Source of the DNA: the human T2T-CHM13v2.0 reference genome, Homo sapiens | Direction: 5' to 3' (one strand) | Assembly: GCF_009914755.1 (NCBI RefSeq) | Contig: NC_060932.1 | DNA length: 64,000 bases | Part shown: piece by piece, positions 61,430-64,000 of the stretch | How the letters are laid out: each line of letters opens with the position of its first letter | How positions within the stretch are numbered: the stretch's first letter is position 1 | Position numbers and translations under genes: made by a program | Notes under the pieces: model-generated | Seen by the model: the letters and a program-made list of their open reading frames with translations, nothing else | Databases searched by the model: none | What the model was told of the DNA's origin: nothing

Positions 61430-63323
61430 CTGAAAGCAAAACCAATTATTTTATCCCAGTTATTCAGACTAAAGGCTTGAAATCATTTACTAATTAAGTA
61501 GCTAAAAAAATGAGATAAAGGTTAACTTGGACAAGAGATAGTGAAGTTTAGGAGAAAGAGGATCAAACTTAAAAATGGAAGCCCTGTGGTCAGGTACCAA
61601 ATTTTTCTGAACACTCTAACCTCATCTGTAAAATAGAGATAATACTACCCGATTGTTATTGCCCCAAATGATGATAGTTTCACTTGAGCTCACATGGGAA
61701 CTGAAGCTGGAAAGACAATTACGACTTCTCAGACTTTTTAGCTATTTTCTAGCCATATACTTTCACAACTAATTTTAAAAGAGTACTAAAAGTTACTCAA
61801 CATGGAAATACAGTAGATATTTCTTGGGGTTATTGCCTATTCATATCATTTCCCCTTTCTTGGGAACCGCTCATAACAAACCTGTGCTATTGACTCTATC
61901 TCCCTGTCCATAGCAGATAGATCCAGAAGCAGATCTAGAGAGATAAGGACTAGAATCACTGGGGCTAAGTCTTTTTGATAGAGCCAGGAGGAAAGATCTG
62001 AGAATTCTTGCTGGGTTCCTAGGGCTGTCCTGGCCTACATCTTTTCTAAAGCTTGGATGTCAACTCTTAAGTGTGTGAGGTGGCCCAGCAGCATTTTAGA
62101 ATCAATCCTCACCCTTCCTTTTGTCTTTGGTTCAAGGTTGCCAAAATCAGTTTATTTTGCTGGCCACCTAAAGAATGCTAAGTCAAGAAATGACTATGCA
62201 TTGCAATAAAATTACAGTGATAAACATAATGAGGAAACGTGGTAAATAATATTAGCAAGCCAAATGTCCTTTTACTTGACTTTGGATAGAGAATTGGAGT
62301 TAGCCTGAAGAAAGAGATTGAGGAGATTTGAGTTTTCCCAAAGCTTATTTCCAGAAACATTTTTCCTAAAGTCAATCCTTCTTCTTCATACTATAAATTC
62401 TGTCTTCCCAGCTGCATTGTGTTTTCCATAAGTTGCTCAGCTCAAATGACTAAGGATATTTCCAAATAAGTAGGCCACAAAGTGTTTGAGAAACTGAATA
62501 TAGAATGAAGCTTTTCAGGTTCTTCCTGATTAGTATTAATGGCATGTGGCTTTGCATACTAAAGTCCAAAACTGCATGTTTTCTGACCCCTGTGTTATTT
62601 TTATAAAGATCAGGTTTGCCTGAAACCTAAAAACAAGGTGTGCTAATGACATTTTAAATTATCAAAGAAATACTTCTTATAAAATAAAAACAAGGCAAAG
62701 CAAAGACAAACCCACTTTACAAAATAAAAAGTAAAAATCCTCACTCCCCAAACCCATTCCCAGGAGGCAGATCTTTCTAGGTGTTTTTCTACCATAAGCA
62801 TAAACATAAACAGATGGATGGATGGATGGATAGATATGCATAGACAGAGATGTAAGTAAATGTAATGGGATTATCTTCTATACATTGTTCTGCATCCTAC
62901 TTGTTTTGTTCAATAAATGACATCTTTCATATAGTACATGTGGAAATCTCATTTTTATTTTTTAATCTCATTTTTTAAGGAAATCTGCATATTTTTCCAT
63001 AGTACAGAATTATCATAACTTATCTAATTCTTCTCCCATTTGATATTGCAATGAATATCCTTGTATAACCTTGTCCACTTGTGTGAGGACTTAATAATAT
63101 TAAAAATAACAACTATATTAATAGATAACATTTGAGTGTTTGCCATGTGCCAGGCACCATTCTAAGAAACAAGCACATGTTAATTTCACTTCATTTTTCA
63201 GAACAACCTTACTAAGTAATTACTATGACCAACTCAATTTTTCAAATGAGGAAACAATTTATGAAACTTAAAGGTGGTACAACTAATATGTGGCAGTTGT
63301 TGAGATTAAAACTTGGCAGTCAC

Positions 63324-63510
63324 AGCTGGGCACTGTGGAACTTTCCTATAGTCCTAGCAACTCAGAGGCTGAGGCAGGAAGATTGATTGAGCCCCAGTGT
63401 TTCAAAGCTGTAGTGCACTATGATTGTGCTTGTGAATAGCCACTGCACTCCAGTTTGGACACTGAGACAACAGGGTGACCCCTGACTCTCAAATAAACAA
63501 AAAACCAAAA
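63324..63510 (+). mobile_element. FAM-like fossil Alu monomer
   Basis: Contains the 7SL-like TGTGAATAGCCACTGCACTCCAG segment. Confidence 0.75.
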
Positions 63511-63547
63511 ACTTGGGAATTTTGACTCCATGCTTTTTTAAAAAAAA

Positions 63548-63731
63548 ATTATTATTATTATTATTTTAGAGACAGGGTTTCACTCTGTCACCCAGGCTAG
63601 AGTGCACTGATGTGATCATAGCTCACTGTAACCTCGATCTCCTAGACTCGAGCAATCCTCCTCCTTCAGCCTTCCAAGTAGCTGGGACTACTTGGTGTTC
63701 CAGCTGTGGTGCATGCCACCACACGTGGCTG
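63548..63731 (-). mobile_element. Alu right monomer
   Basis: Antisense arm with (TTA)n tail. Confidence 0.85.
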
Positions 63732-63774
63732 ACTCCATACTTCAAACCATTCTCAACAGAAGTACAATGACTAA

Positions 63775-64000
63775 GGCCTGGCATGGCGTCTCACACCTGT
63801 AATCCCAGCACTTTGGGAGGCCAAGGCAGGAGGACTGCTTGAGCCTAGGAGTTTGAGACCAGCCTGGGCACATAGCAAGACTCCATCTCTTCAAAAAAAT
63901 TTTTTTCAATTAGCTGGGCATGGTAGTGCATGCCTGTAGTCTCAGTTACTTGGGAGGCTGAGGTGGGAGTATTGCTTGAGCACAGGAGTTCGAGGCTGCA
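63775..64000 (+). mobile_element. Alu (J-like), cut by the window edge
   Basis: GGCCTGGCATGG...TGTAATCCCAGCACTTTGGGAGG. Confidence 0.93.

Overview
Primate (almost certainly human) genomic DNA, roughly two-thirds interspersed repeats. The only cellular gene is the 3' end of RGS22 on the minus strand. It has eight coding exons from 61429 down to the TGA at 27334-27332, then a 3'-UTR intron and a terminal exon starting at 26090; I reconstructed these base by base, and they include one GC-AG intron. Downstream of the gene is a nested stack of endogenous retroviruses centred on a two-LTR 5.9-kb HERV-H provirus (8594-14508), which has an expanded leader tandem array and a strong G->A (Trp->stop) signature, plus a solo LTR12. 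Two long, dead L1PA elements lie in RGS22 introns. The top candidate for something undescribed is 55207-61163. A perfect 20-bp target-site duplication encloses an ERV LTR 3' end, a tRNA primer-binding site, about 100 bp of unique sequence and an L1 lacking its own promoter, so it looks like an LTR-promoted chimeric L1 transcript that retrotransposed as one unit. Other points: a possible 5' transduction on the second L1, a tailless 5S rRNA retrocopy, a stop-free in-frame 117-nt RGS22 intron, and a stop codon 45 nt from the last junction. Repeat family names are from recalled consensus sequences, not a database run, and old-repeat boundaries are approximate.
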